Assembly (NCBI GenBank): GCA_028023455.1
Contig: JAQFVV010000008.1
Coordinates: 15,810,001 to 15,874,000, forward strand
Length of the DNA stretch: 64,000 nucleotides
Reading direction: 5' to 3'
Source of the DNA: Epiperipatus broadwayi
Taxonomy: Eukaryota; Animalia; Onychophora
A program made the translations under genes and the position numbers. The notes beneath the pieces were generated by a model. It had not been told where the DNA came from, ran no database searches, and worked only from the letters and a program-made list of their open reading frames with translations. Positions 12,244-27,289 of this stretch are shown here, in pieces. Positions within the stretch are counted from its first letter, which is position 1. Each line of letters begins with the position of its first letter.

Positions 12244-15200
12244 ATATATAAAATAAGCCTAATATGATTTTATTTTCTAGATAATTTGATTTTCATCACT
12301 GATTAAAGAATCAAACAGTGATGAACTTTATTCACTACAGAATATAATATGTGATATGATAAAAACTGATTGCCCCTCCTTTGCAATATTTTTTTCTTCA
12401 ACAAAGTAAAGCAGTAATGTTTAACATCATAATATTTTCTTTATGCCTGCTTCTCACAATGTTTCCAAAGCAGCCGTCATAATTTCAATCAATTTATCCA
12501 CTCCCTGTATCTTTAAAATCCTCAATACCTATGCTTATGTAAATAATTCTATCATATCAACTATTAATAGATTTCTAAAATCACACATTCCAAAATAAGG
12601 TGCTTTACATTTTTCTTTTTATCATTATACAACTTATATTTCCTATCTCTTACATCATTCTATTTATGCAACCTTTCCTAATTTTCAAAGATCCTGTTAT
12701 AGTTTTAAATAAACTATTTTCCCATTTATATATTGTGACCATCTGGATGGGCATAAGGAATTGACATACTTTGTATCTGCATTGAATAGTTACATTATAT
12801 TTAAAAAAAAATGAAATAGCCTTAGAATTTTAGAATTCTTTGCTGGAGATTGTTTAAAGCTTGGATATGGATCACTTATGCAGTTGATTGGCCACTTTAT
12901 AAGCATTCATTATTATTATTGTGGTTAGTGAAGTATTTAATGCCAGAGAGAGGGGTTGTCATTGTAGGAATTGGTATATTTGGGTAGGAAAATGCAAGGT
13001 TATTTTATATTAGTGTAGTATTGATTGAATGGTTTCAAAATCCTTATTCTTTAATACTTATCGTTTTGTCAACAATTAATAGCCATTTCAATTATATTTA
13101 GTTAAGATACTTTAATATTTATAGTATAGTCTATGTGCATGCATGTATGACTCTGCATCGTTTTCACTTCATTTTCATCTTCTAAAAACATTAAGCAATA
13201 GTACATGTACAATAAAAACTTTTAAATTACAGTAACTATCTTAAATAATTTAACAAATATATATTTCTTTCCAATGATCAATAGATAGTTGAATCAATTT
13301 TTGTTTAATAGTTAATTAATATTCATTTTTCTTTCAAGTTTGTAAAAGCTATTTATTTTATTAATTTTTTTTCTTGATTTAATCAAAATGGTTTTTTTTT
13401 TTTTCTGAAAATATTTTTTTTTTGAATATGTAATTAGCCTAGATAGAGAGGAAGCGTGGGAGTAACCTTGTGAAGAAAAAAATGACCTTTTTGCTAAAGA
13501 GAGCTTTTTAACAAAGATCTCCAGTAAAAAATTTGCATATGATGTAAGGTAATGGTAGCCAGAAAACAGTGACTCATTTTTTTTATTGTGAAAATTTAAA
13601 ACCAATTGCTGAAGTTAAATTGATTTTAAAGAAAAGACTGGAATAAAACATCGAAAGGATTTTAAGAATTTATTATGGGACAAGTTAATTTCAGAATGCA
13701 GTTCTAAATTTTAAAAGGTACTCGGTTTACTTTACTCTCCTCAATTTAAACGTTTTTAAAATAACCCTTTCATAACTATTGCTCTTTTAAAAATGTATGT
13801 TGATAACGTCTAGTCTACACTACTCCATTTAATTGTCATTTTAAACAGAAATAAAATGTACGAATATTATTGTTGTATCACTAACCAACGTGTGTATTTT
13901 AATATATCTGGGAAATGCATGCAGAACTATTTTACAGAATGTATTTTAATTCTTCACTATTTTCCGTGTTGTGTTTTTGTGAGGATGAAACATAGAATTA
14001 AGAATACGCATATGTGGATAAATCATACCATGTTCAAATTCACCATAAAGAGATAACACTATTCATTTATCTGGTGTCTCTGGAAATAATACATATTTTA
14101 AATGAAGGAAATAAAACGTGAGTTCCTTCAAATTAAGTATTTGCTGAGATCGAATGGAAGAATAGAAATGCGGGTAATTTCTGTTCTCTTCGATAAAGAT
14201 GGAAAATAAAACAAAATATTATTGGTTGAAGAATTACTAGGGAAACACGGTATCTTAATGGACAATATTTAAGAATAAACTAGGCATATAATAAATCATA
14301 AGTGTTAAATGCTATTCAAGAAACTACTAAAATAATTACGTATTTAATTTAGAACTACAACGGAATAAGGGAGATAATTCCTGTCCAACAGTAGTTAAGA
14401 ATTTATTATGTTCTCATCATAGTAGAAGACAAATTGATTGCTTATGTATGATACAGTAACTTAAATAACTTTGTTATGAACATTGAAGATGCTGAGTCCT
14501 ATTTAAGCATGATTATATTTGTTTGGTTACCCTGCAGCAGTTTATTTTAATTTAAATTCAGTTTGGAATGTGTCCCATATTGTTCCATAAATCTGGAACC
14601 GAGCTTTGTAAGTGAACTTTTATTTTTAAGTTACAAAACTAATAACTTTTGTTTCTTTATTTTTTTTTTTATATTGCTTGTCATTATTAATGTATATTAT
14701 TGATAATAGGCTTACTTATTATTATGTTTTATTGATAATTTAGGTCATTTTGATCTTCTAGACCGTCTCGAAGCGTATCCAAATGAAGAATACGCTGGTA
14801 ACAATTGATTGTGTACTAATAGGTCTTATTGTTCTTTTACGAAGGTAAAAGAAAAAAATATTTTTTTTTATGTATTATTAGAGAGGTTTATATTTATTTT
14901 GTATACTTTATTATCTCAAAGTGAAAAAAATTTTTTTTTTCAATCAACGAACGTATAACAGAAATAGTTTACTAGATATGAAAGAAAGTTCATTCGTAAT
15001 AATTATAACCATTAAATTTTAAAAGGTAACCTAAAGTTTATTCTGAATTAAAAGTTATACCTTGATGCAATATTTAATTACCATGTTGCCTGCATAGTGT
15101 GTAATTTAGAGTTAATTTTATATATATTTTTATTCACGGGTGTGTGTCTGTTTTGCACATTTATGATATTTGTTTGATAAAGTTCAGTTTGTGAATATTT

Positions 15201-15423
15201 TTATATATAAATTTCGGATGCTGTTGTATTCTACTGAATGGAACGGATTAGTATGTTATCTGTATGTATTTATCTGCCAGCGTGTATTTATAATGTTCGA
15301 TATTTAAAAGAGCTTTGAGAATGGAAAGAAATCTGATTGCGTTATAATGTTTGTAGGGATAAAAGATTTTGCTTATTTAGTATATGTTTTTCCATGAGTA
15401 GAGCCTAGTTTGTATTATATGCG

Positions 15424-15648
15424 TATGATTAAATGATATTTTTTGAAGTTGAGTGATGTTTTCTTAGAGCCCTGGTAATGAGGAAAAGATTCCCCACCAA
15501 TAGCGTATTTAGAAGTAGATGAATTATTGTTGAAGTATGATTAAATGATGTTTAGGAAGTTATGTGATGTTTCTCTTATATTCTTGGTGATGAGGAAAGA
15601 AGTTCCCCACCAACACTGTATTTAGAAGCAGATGAATTATTGTAGAAG
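15424..15648. repeat. Diverged tandem duplication, 112-bp unit x2
   Basis: TATGATTAAATGAT...GATGAATTATTGT at 15424 and 15536. Confidence 0.85.
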
Positions 15649-17759
15649 TGTTCAGTAAGAGTTATCTGCTCCTCATGTAGATTCCCTTATAACGTATAGT
15701 CTGTATAACCATGAAAATATAGCTCTGTGTTAATTAAAATGTGGCCAGATAAATTGTTAAATTAATTCTTGATGTAATATTAGAGTCTTATTTTATTGAT
15801 GAATTACGACATTGTCCGAAATAAAGTAATTGTATGATATTTTCTTATTGAATGGAGAATTTGTAGAAAAGATTATTTTCTATCATTGTTGCTTGACACA
15901 CGCACACACGCGTAATATAAATAATATCGTGTATATAAAGTATAGAGTTATTGAAATTAAAATGAGAAATAAATGTTTTGAAATACATTACATCCATTTA
16001 AATAGAAGTATAAAGTTATTGAGATTAAAACGGGAAATAAATATTTTAAACTACAGTGTATTTATTTAAATAAGGGTTATAAATCATCAAATCATCAGAA
16101 TGAACATGATTTTGTAGCTATGCATGAAAGATATTCGTAATTGAAAGTGATTATTTAGTCAATTAGAGAAAGTTGCTTGGTTGAGAGCCAAATATAATTA
16201 ATTTGATTTATTTTATTAATCAATGGTAATATCCACTCAAGAGTATTTTTTTGTGTGTGTTAATAATATAACATGTTGTTTATTTAGTGTCATGTAGATG
16301 AAACATGTAGGCAAAGCATGGCATGTGTTTGAAGTCAGAATATTTAAGTTTGTTGTTAATTTGCTTTGGTAATAGGGATAATCCCGAACTGATGCTTAAA
16401 GTTTGATAATTTAAAAATCTGTAGGACAAGTAGTCCAATTGTAAATATGTTAAACCAAATTTATTTTATTGTAATAAATGATTTATTTGTTTAAAATCTT
16501 AAAATTTTGTCTGGAGTTATTATTGTATACATTCGTGTTTTCAATTTCCACATCTCCACATTTCATAAATCTACCATAAAATAGATATATTATTTTAGAG
16601 TTATAATATTAAATCTGATGGTGTCTGACAATACTGTTTTTACTTAATCCAAAAATTATAAGGAACATTTGCCACTGGATAAATGTATTAGAAAAGTTGC
16701 TAAGTTAGTATATTTGTTAGATGATGATATGAAATTAAAATACCCTATTTCTGTCATTATCTTATCATTGAAACACAGTGGAATATTTTAGTCAATTTGT
16801 TTCATTACATTTTTATCATACTTTAGAATTATAACTTATGGGCCAATGTAGTTTATTTAATTCAACTGTGTTTGTTAAATTCCCTGAGATCTTATTGTTT
16901 ATTTCTTGATTGGCATTAAAGTAGATGTTTAGATTGTGATATGCCAAGTCATAAAATTGTTTAGTATTATAATTATAGCAAGCTGATATATGTTATATTT
17001 GGATGAAGGAAGAAATTAAGTTTAAAGTATATTTTAATAGACTGTATGGATAAACATGATTCTTTATCATACAAATAATTAATAAAAAGGATTTACATTA
17101 TATTTAGTGTTTTGTAATATTTCTTCTTTCATTTATTTATCATCATATATCTTATGAACTGCCTATAGCCTCCCACTGAGCTGAGCTGAACATAAACTTA
17201 AATATAGAGTCTCAATAATAGTTTTTTTTTGTATTATATATCTTGTTATATTGTTCTATTTATACATAGAACTGGCGCCTGGGCATTTTGCTCATGTAAT
17301 GCATATGAGCAGTGTTGGGAGTGTAAGTTATAATATATATATATATTCTTAGTCATAATATTCTTGGGTACAAAGCATTATTAGCTTTCATATTTTTATT
17401 CCATATTTTTCATATTCATTACCACATTGTTTATTCTTCTATTCTAATTTTCATAATTATTTATTCCTAAAATCTATCCTACTACTTAAATATTTATATA
17501 AAAAGCTGCTATCAAACAATGTAGTTAATTTTATTAGGTTTTACAACCATCTTATTTTTCTCCCTGTCTAAGATTTCTGAAATTTTTTTTTCCATTATTC
17601 ATACAGTTGCTCATAGTAGACCATCTTTAATTTTCCCATATTTTTTTCTGTCACATTCATTATTCCAATCGCCAAATACCACCTTATTATCATATATTAT
17701 CACCAGAACATGTATTTTCTGCCATCATATTTAACAAATTTCGGAAATAGTATGAATAG

Positions 17760-18370
17760 TGAACCCTACCGTTTGATGGTGGTTTTTCACAAAACGCACA
17801 TCAATATACCATTTTAGTGGCTTTAATTTATGGCTGACAGTACAATAGGTGTTTTTTGAGCTGTAACAGGCCACCTGAGGGCGATGTATTCTATGATTAT
17901 GTAACAAAATACTACGCCCATTGCATTGCGACAGTATTCATCAAATGAGCACTCTTGAACTCTCGCTATGGTCTGATTTGATGGTGGCCATATTTGAAAG
18001 AGACGAAACTCTGCAAAAATTCATTGTGGGAAATTTTTTATAAAGTGTAGTGGAATTAGTATTCCATATTAAGAATTGTCATGTCATCACACATGCTTCC
18101 CTATGCTTTTGAACTGCACACAACTTGAAAAGGTTCTTTTCAGCAGAGTTTTTTTCCGATTTCATGCGCAAATGCCAGTTTACGCATGAATCCGTGCGAG
18201 AACTGTAAAATGTCATCTGCAAGTTGTCCAAATTGGTCAAAGCCGAGTGAATTGCCAGCCGGCCACACAAGTGGATGCACAATAACGTGTTTTCCCAGAA
18301 AGAGAAATCCTGCCGGATGCAAAGGTATGCGGCTTGCGGGAGAGACATGTTTTTAGTGTCCAAAGTTTCA
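17760..18370 (+). mobile_element. Degenerate piggyBac-like transposase remnant
   Basis: Frameshifted motifs LMVVF, GFNLW/ADSTIG (cf. GFKLWxLADSxTGY), VELVFHIK (cf. WWxxLFFH) and a Cys-containing C-terminus (KEKSCRM...AACG). Confidence 0.45.
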
Positions 18371-20039
18371 TTTATTTTGGATTCAATAAATTATTTTATG
18401 GGAAACTTGTTGTTGTTGTTTTTGTTGTTCACGTGATTATAAAGTACGTAGGTAATATTTGATAAGTTTCATTAACAGTTAAAGTAGGTAATATTTTATT
18501 ATACCAAAAAAAAAAAGGCTCCACCAAAAAAAAATATTATAATAACAATAAAAAACTGTGTGGCAACATAATAAAATGTTCAAAAAGAAAATCCAAAAAG
18601 AAGTCAATAATTAAAAATCAAAACAAATCTATATATATAAAATAAATGAATTTAAAATATCACGTACACATTTTTTCTTTTCAAAATAGTTCATGTTAAT
18701 AGAAAAGAAAAAAGAAAATAATAGGCTTGTTAATTAAATATTTTTAAGGTATTTTTTTGGATAGGTATATAAATGTAAAAAAATTGATTAAGTTGAGATT
18801 GTTTGTAATAGAAAAATTGTTGAGGTAATGAGAATTTTTAATATTTTTGCATTTGTTTGGAAATGTGATATTTATTATTATATATTTGTATTTTTTAGTG
18901 TTCCTTAAAAAAGACTACATAAAATAGTCGAAATGTTGGATGAATTTTATTTTTATTATAGTCATATAAAAACAAGTTTTAAAAAGAAGAAGTTTGATAT
19001 ATTCATTGACATATACACTATAAAATAAATCATATCTCTTCATTTCATTATTTTTTTCATTTTTATTGTTGTTTTTTTTTTCTTTTTCTCATTTCGTAAT
19101 TTATTTTGATTTTTAAATATATTTAATTGAATACAATCTCTATATTCACCTTTTTCAACATTCAAATCCAGTTCATAATTAATTATCAATATCTGTGACT
19201 TATCTTTACTAACACTTTATTTGTTCTTCCAAACTCTATGACTAACATACTATACAGGTAAGAGCAAGCCCAAGAAAAAGTGGGGACCTAAGCAATATTT
19301 TCATGCAGAGGAGTGTCCTTTATATATGATAAAAAAAATACTTTGATATATATTAAAAAAAAATTATATTATGTGCAAATGTAAATATATTGGTCTACGA
19401 GTAGTATAAATCAAGCCGAGAACAACTGATTCTTTTCATTAAAAATTTTATATATTATAAATGAGAATTCACTAAAAAAAAATATCCAAAAAAATAAAAT
19501 ATAATTGTTTGCATTATATGTATTTTATTTTGTTACACAAATACTGATTCAATAAAACTGCACAAATTGGTATTTATGTATAAACAATTACTTTTAATTA
19601 TTATTTATAAATTGTAAATATAATTTTGTAAGTTTATTGAATCAATATTTGAGAAAACAAAATAAAATGCATATAATGCTGATAAGAATGTCGATGCTTA
19701 AATGCACATGACATATAAAGGTATAAATTACAAATGGAAATGAATATTAAGTTATAAAAGAATCATAAAATTTTAAAAGACTGATCCTTTTAAAATAGGG
19801 AAATAAAATTTAGTTATAACTTTGTCAGATTAGAATAAAGATTATTTTCTAAAAGTAAAAGCAGTTAAATTAACAGAGAAGAATGCAGTATTAAAATGGG
19901 ATATTGAACAATTAAAGTAATTTGAGCTTTAGATTTCCTCCGTGATAATAAACTGTAAGCAGAAAATAACTCATTAATTAAAGTTATAAATATATAATGG
20001 TTAGTATCCAGCATAGGAGCAGTGAAAGAAAGTATCATC

Positions 20040-20330
20040 TGAGCTGATGGATGGGAATACCAGCCAGTCAGCATCAAGAAAGAAAACAATGAAGGGAGTC
20101 AGTGCAAATTGGATCAAGAAAAGGACACTTGATTCTTGGAGCTTCACCTATGCACAAGAACTTATAAGTGGGTGCAGAATGTCACCCGAATGCACAGGAA
20201 CTTCAAGTGCTGAGAGTTGGCCTCCAAAAGTGTGAATAGCCAGCTAGGAGTCATACAAATCATATTGATCTTGATTATTTTTGCATGCCTATGGGTTTAT
20301 GGATATATGTAATGTATATAGACACAAATA
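20040..20330 (+). mobile_element. Tc1/mariner (maT/rosa-like) transposase remnant
   Basis: WPP...LDYF..LW..GYM across frameshifts resembles WPPRSPDLTPLDYFLWGY. Confidence 0.35.
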
Positions 20331-21179
20331 GTTTGTAACTTTTAGTTAACAATTATTAAGATATTACAATTATTAAGAGTATTATTATTAAATGCAATTA
20401 ATCTCAACCTAATAATATCAAGCCGTTACTGGGCAATTATTATTAGTTAAGTCAGTTTGGGAACGGTTAAGCTCACAGACAAGATAGATGTCCAGCAGCA
20501 CAGTAAGGCAAACATATCAAATACAAAAAAATATAGTTTATTAATTTGAATGTTTTATTGAGGATCAGTTAATAAATGTCATAATTGAATTTTTTTTGTG
20601 AATTCTGATTTAGTAGTAATGAAGAGAAGCATTCTTGACTTATGCTGATTTCACATTAACATGATCACAACATTGCAAAATATTAATTATACATTGTACA
20701 CAGCTGAAAAATTATGCCACCATACAAAGTGTTTAAGCAATTGTATTACTTCACATGTGGTAGTTAATGTAAGGTCTTCAAATTACAGAGTTTTAGCAAA
20801 AAAAAAAGTTACATTTAGCAAATGATAAATATTTTATTTTTTGATCTTCATAGAAAACAAAGACCATGCAAACACAAGGGCTTGATAAGTGTGGAAAGTC
20901 TTGTGCCATGCCACCATTTTGCAGCTCTCCCAGGTTGGCTCTGATTCAGATTTTCTGTATTCAACAAAAGAACAATAGCTTCAAAAAGTAATGTTTTAAA
21001 ATACATTTTTCCCAAATTCAACCTCCTGGAATTTAATACCTCACATCTATCACTTGCAATTCAAATTCTAAATCCTGTAAATATAAATCAGATTGGAGTT
21101 AAATAGTAGCACTGTTTCAAAGATTCTAATTAATAAAATATCATATTACATGTATTTTAATCAAACTTATAATCATATT

Positions 21180-22620
21180 GTTCTTTTTCAGACTCTTCCA
21201 CAACATATTCTTTATTACCTTATGACTGGATTTTTCTTTATTTAAATAAGTAACAACAAGCTCTTATCAAATTAATTGCACCAGAATAACAAATATACTA
21301 TTTTCTCATTCTTCCTATAACCATTTTGCATTTTGTCTAAAATACTACTATTTTTCATCTAGTACACACTCTTAACTTCATAATGTATAGCATATAACAC
21401 AATGGACATTTTCCATCAGCATATTAGCCCTATATTTAATAATTATATCACACTTGAGACAGCTATAGGACTACCAGATTATACTGATTTTTTTCTCTTC
21501 ATTTTTAAGACACAATCTCATATTTATAATTTTCCAACTTTATATAAACACATTTCATATTTTATTTCTATATCCCATTCTTATCATATTTTCATTCAAC
21601 ATTATAAAATTATTCTCTCCAAGTCTATCTTTTATTAGTAACTTCATCAATTAATTTCAATTTATTCTTAGTTTTGTTCAGTTTTATTAGTTTCCAAAAT
21701 CTCTGGCTCGTTTTTTTCCTTTCCTAATTTCCTCTGCAAATATTCTGTGAATATTTCAATCCTTGCTTTTCCCTTTTTTTCTGAAGCATTTGTTATGACA
21801 TTTTCTCCTCTTAATAGTTATTTATATTTATAAAATGCTTGTTTACAAACCTCACCATTATTATGTATATATGTCTATTCCACTTCATTCAGCTTTCTAT
21901 TTAGACACTTGTTTTCTCCCAGCTATTTCTCTGCAAATTAATATATTACTTTTATCAAATATCATAAAGGATTCCCACTTTCATTAGATATCACATTATG
22001 CACACCATTAAAAATATGTCCATGATTTCTCTATCATTTATTGCTCATCCTTTCTTAGTGACTCACTTACTTCTGATTAAACATTCTATCTCCATCTGTA
22101 ACTTTAATAAATCATTATTTCCTATTTTTTCCTCATTACATTTCTTAATTTTATAATGTTACATGTGTTATTCAATGCAATAACTCTAAATATTTAGACA
22201 AATGTTTTGCCCATGTAAATTGACACTACGTCTATTATATTCTTGATAACCATATTCATTTCCTACAAAAATCTTTGAATTTTATCCCTTTATTGTTTAT
22301 TCTATATAAACAATAAATAGCATTCCCTTCTCTTTTCCAATTCATTCACTTCCTAACCCTTTCCTGCATCAAGACATGAACTATATTTTCTATTTTCCTT
22401 ATCTTATTTTTTTTTTTTTTAAATTATAAAATTCCTAGATAATCCTCAACCACTCTGTTATAACATTTCTTCAATTGCCAAGATATATTTGATACACTGA
22501 CATTTATAAAAGCACTTTTCTCTCCTTATATATTCCAAAACATTTTTAATAAAATTTTTGACATACCTTTAATCACTATATCTAAAATTCTTTTTTGCTA
22601 ATATTTATTCTTTAATAACT
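21180..22620 (-). mobile_element. Degenerate non-LTR retrotransposon RT region (RTE/CR1-like)
   Basis: Purine-rich minus strand with decayed GVRQG/SPxLF-like and FADD-region motifs; many stops. Confidence 0.5.
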
Positions 22621-23437
22621 CAAATATAAATCATATATTCATTCAGTCAGTGGGATACTTGATTTGGAATCACTCAATAAAAAAATTTTCTTCACAAAAA
22701 CAATATTTAAAAAAATAATCCTATAAATATATTTATTTTGGAATGTGTGATTTTGTAGAAATAATTATGAAATAAATGTAAAATTAACAGCCATACTAGA
22801 GCTACTGATGACTAGATATGATGCTAGAATTTTTTTTAAAAAGCTTACCAAATAAAATTAGCTAACATCCAGAGATCCCCAATAGAACATTAGAAAAATA
22901 AAATTAACTTTTTTTTTATAAATACTATTTCAGCAAAACCTCAAACTTTTAGTTTTATGTGTAAAAGTTTTTTTTACAATTTAGTAGAATATAAACGTAA
23001 CTATATGATGATTCCTCTGAAGAGGTAAAAAGGACATCGTGAAATCTTATCATTATTACTGTACCGGATGAAAGATTTTGGTTTTGCATATATTGACCAC
23101 AAGGGCGCCACTAGTCGAAAAATTCGGAACTAGACATTTATTTGAAGGGTGGACAGGATATACGAACCTGAATGCGCCAGACTAAACCCAGAGAGAGCAA
23201 GAGCTTGTGAATGTTGTTCAGACAATTGAGAAAACCCAGGGACAAATATCAGCCAAAATAATTGTGAGAACTTTTAAAATTTATTAAACATATAACCAAA
23301 ATAAACATGAAAACTTGATCTACATTTTCTTAGCAGATCTTAACCTTGAGTGTAGGCGAGCATTAATACGTTAAATACCCAGGTGGACAAGTTCATTTCT
23401 CATCCATAACATAATAAGGGCTTATATCTCCCTGCTA

Positions 23438-23540
23438 GTGGTTCACTTAAACCAATTCCATTTTTTATACAGATTTAGAAAGATGGATAGCGGTTCACTT
23501 AAACCAATTCCATTTTTTATACAGATTTAGAAAGATGGAT
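23438..23540. repeat. 52-bp tandem duplication
   Basis: GGTTCACTTAAACCAATTCCATTTTTTATACAGATTTAGAAAGATGGAT occurs twice. Confidence 0.95.
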
Positions 23541-24179
23541 GCTTGTGGAGGATAAACGGAATAATGCAGATGAGCTTTTCTTAGTCCGGAAAAAAAAACA
23601 TCGGAACTAAGAATGTCCTAATTCTGCAAAACGCTCATGGACAAGTACATTTAAATGAGCCAAGGTTAGTCTCACACAAAAAAAGGTAAGATTATGGACT
23701 ACGTAATCTGAACTATAGAAATAAATCTCTACCAAGAAAACAAAAACATATATTTGATAATCCGCCAGCCAAAAGATCAGCAGTCTGCAGAAAATGCAAA
23801 CCAAGTTTGATTAAATTTAACGACAAATAAAACAAACAAAAGAACAGGTGAGTAAAAGAAAACTACTAAGATCAGCCTGAGTATTTATGAAGGGTTAATC
23901 ATAGAGCAAAGAAAACATTAAGCATATAAAGGATCACTCACCATATGCTCTCAAATAAATAATATTTTAAGATGGAAAATCTTGCCACTAAAATTCTAAT
24001 ATTAAAAAAATACATTAATGTTTAAATTAATAGGTCACACATCATAAATATAATTTCTTTTAAGATTAAGCTGAGATTTGTTAGAGACTTAATTAGAGAT
24101 TTAGCCCTGATTTTAATATGGAAGGTAAGTTACCTCGAGATAATATTAATTTCTGTTGTTCACGCAAAGTTCGGTTTAT

Positions 24180-24480
24180 AAAAAGTCCTATATGGTGGCT
24201 TTAATTTACTCCAGGTTCAGAAGAATGGAAGCACTATCGGGATCAGATCTGGACTTGTCACTTAGGTCATGATTGAGGTCTCAATTTCGGAGCTCCAGAG
24301 GTTCATCTTAGGAAAGGTTTAGCCCATCAAGTTGTGGAGATTCTTCATGGCATAGATTATAGGCATGGCATCTGAATAGCCGCTACTATCATGGCAAATA
24401 GTAGAATTATTGTCGGTCAACAGAAATCCAACTCAGTGATTCCCATGGAACAAATATCGAATAAAATCAGAATCACTTCA
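24180..24480 (+). mobile_element. Possible BEL/Pao integrase C-terminal remnant
   Basis: QVVEILHGIDYRHGI*IAATIMANSRII resembles IxExxxGxDGxxRxAxV in BEL pol C-termini. Confidence 0.3.
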
Positions 24481-25626
24481 ACAATGCAGCAGTTCAATAA
24501 CAGAAAAATCAAGATGAATCCTCAATAACAAGAAGTTGGATAATCTGAGCAATCAGAATAAATAAGGTAGTGACTAGAATATCTCTCTGAATCTGAATGA
24601 ATGAATCAAAAAAAAAAAACCCCCAGAGCTATTTATGTCCATCGTTATCTCCCATGCAATCTTTTATTGCAAGTTTCAACCAGGGTAAATCTCTACCTCC
24701 CGCTCAATCTTTATTAGAAAAGCAACATCTGACAGGGCTTTATCTTACAAAATTAATTTTTTTAAAAAAAAACATGCCAAACTAAATCTCAGCTTTAAAA
24801 ATAAATCAACTTTTTTTTTTTTAAATTAAATACTTTTAAAAAAAGTTTAATTAAACTTTGCTTGTTTTTAATTATTTTAAAAGAAAACAAGCGTCATAAA
24901 AAAAAATAATTTATACTAAAATCAATTGAGAATTAAAAATGTAAGATTTCAATATAAATAAGTATGTGTATTATTGCACACATAAAAACTTGATTTTAAT
25001 TTACTTGATAGAATTTTTGAATCGGATAATATATCCGGTTCATTACTAATCTACAATATTTTTGTAAAGTAGATTATACTTTTCCCTAGAGTTAATATAT
25101 GCACAACTTTCTCTTATTGATATTTACAGAAGTAGATTAATTATCAGAAATTAGATGAATAGATATCAAATAGTGTCATAACTTTTAATGGAGTCAGTTA
25201 TGTTTAAAAAAGTTTTAATTTTAATCAGTATATTTTTGTTTTATCAGTGCCTCTCTCATCTCAATTAAACCAACCATATTACAATCATTCATCATATAAT
25301 TCTCTTTTAGTATTGCCTATTTCCTTTAGGTGAGGTAGAGATATTATATACTTTATTCTATATGCTCATATTGACAGTTTCAAAAATTTATATTATTTAA
25401 GTCTATATTTCATTTGATATGATTAAGGTCTTTAGTTAACTGAGCTGAATAAAAAATTAATATACAATATAATCAGTGATAAAGATTTGCAGTTAAGCAC
25501 TGAAAACATTACTAGTTGGTCTATGTGCAACACAAGTTAGGCATTATTCACAATGTTTTAATTCTTGAAAAAAAACATATTTAAGAGGAAATTATTTCAA
25601 CTTAACTCTTACAGACATTTAACTAT

Positions 25627-25949
25627 TGCTATGTTCTGACTTCATACAATAATTTGCGATCAGGCCTATAGAAGTATGAGTAACATAACATATATAAATA
25701 TCTTGAAATAACCATTAGACTCTCAGAGCATGGAAAGCAAAAAGAAAACAACTTCTATTTTAGTATACTTGTTATTTATTACCAGGTCCCCATCCAGACT
25801 GTAAACATTTGGATTGAGTGAGCATCATTGTCTACTGGTTTATTTAAATCAATGGCTAATGTACTATCTAATAATATGCATATTGGTTCTTGGCAATGAA
25901 TACTCAATTCTGATCTAAGATAAAATAATAGATGGTTCTGTCACATACA
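25627..25949 (-). repeat. 3' LTR of gypsy element
   Basis: Aligns with 32739-33101. On the minus strand it starts TGTATG, ends ...CATAGCA, and is preceded by the purine tract TTTAAGGGATTA (25950-25961). Confidence 0.9.
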
Positions 25950-26399
25950 TAATCCCTTAAATATGCCGGTGGGCGACGATGTCGGGGGCATCTACTTTCT
26001 TCTTGAAAATCAGTAGCTTCTATTTGGGGCTGTAATGCAACAGTTTCATCTGGAACTTTTGCTGCTTCATTAGGTTTTCCTGTATGATCTTCTGTGCAGT
26101 GTTTTTCAGGTATCTTATTGGTTCCAGATAAGTTTTCATCATTGTCTAGGTTTACTTCTGCCCAATTTTTCTGAACGTGGTTTATATGCTGATGGTAGCA
26201 TGATTCTGTTGTTGTTTTTACTTCAACTGTTTGGTCTGAAATAATTTTAGTTATTTAACTTTCTACCCATGTCTTATGTATATTGTCACATATCCATATG
26301 TTCTCTCCAACAGCGTAGATATTTTTCCCCAATTTTATTGTTTCTTGGACTGTTATAAGAATGGACAGCTTGTTGTGTATACCTTCCTGCCCATCACTA

Positions 26400-27131
26400 T
26401 TTCTTCAGGTGATTTTCCTGTAGATGTGGAAAGCGTAATGTATTGATATAGCATTGCCATGTCTAATGCTTTGACAATGTCTGTATAGTTTTGTTTACTT
26501 AATATCAACTTCAATTATTGCATTGCTTTTTCAGCTATCCCATTGAATTCTGGGTGATACGGAGTACAAATACGTTTCACTTCCCATTCATCTAAGAATA
26601 ATTTTATTTCTTCTGAAATAAAGCCAGTTCCATTATCCGAGACCAAGACTTCCGGTGAACTATGGCATGAAAATATTTTCTGTAATATCCTGATGGTTTC
26701 TGCTGCACTAGCGCTTCTTGCTAATTTATATTCGGCCCACCTAGAGCCAGCATCTATTAATACAAAAAAACATTTTTCCATTTATTGGACCTACATGTTC
26801 TATGTGCACATGGCTCCATGGACTGTTAGTTTTAGGCTATGATGTAAAAATTTTCTTAGATGCTTTTGCAGTAGATTGACAAGGCTTGCATTTTTTTATA
26901 TGTTTCTAGTTCTGCCCCCATACCCGGCTAATAAATATAAGTGTGAGCTAAAGCTTTTGCTCTAACTATGCCCAGATGCCCTTCGTGCAGTATTTCCAAT
27001 ATTTTAGGACGAATACAGCCCTTTGCCATTGATAGATGTTGACGCACACTCCATAAAGATTTATTTAAACAGTAAGGACGTTTTCTGGGCCATCCCTCTC
27101 TGATCAAGTTGATAGTGTCTCTTGCGTTCAT
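26400..27131 (-). pseudogene. Gypsy integrase (HHCC + DDE core)
   Basis: ILEILHEGHLGIVRAKALA (zinc-binding region). FFVLIDAGSRW...LVSDNGTGF...PYHPEFNGIAEK (D,D,E). Confidence 0.9.
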
Positions 27132-27289
27132 CTAGCATTAGTTGCACTATTTATCATTTTAGTCTTCCAATGGTCTAAGTAACATATTTCTACTTCATTT
27201 TCAGTTTTTTCTGTTGAATCCAGTACACGAGATAAAAGTGTCTGCATGTTTTATTTGTTTACCCTTCAGACAAAATTAAGTCGTAATCA

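Noticed and set aside
17866-17879. CTCF-like motif CCACCTGAGGGCGA (and GGGCGCCACTA at ~23103)
   Set aside because: Imperfect single matches inside TE-derived sequence; cannot be supported from sequence alone.
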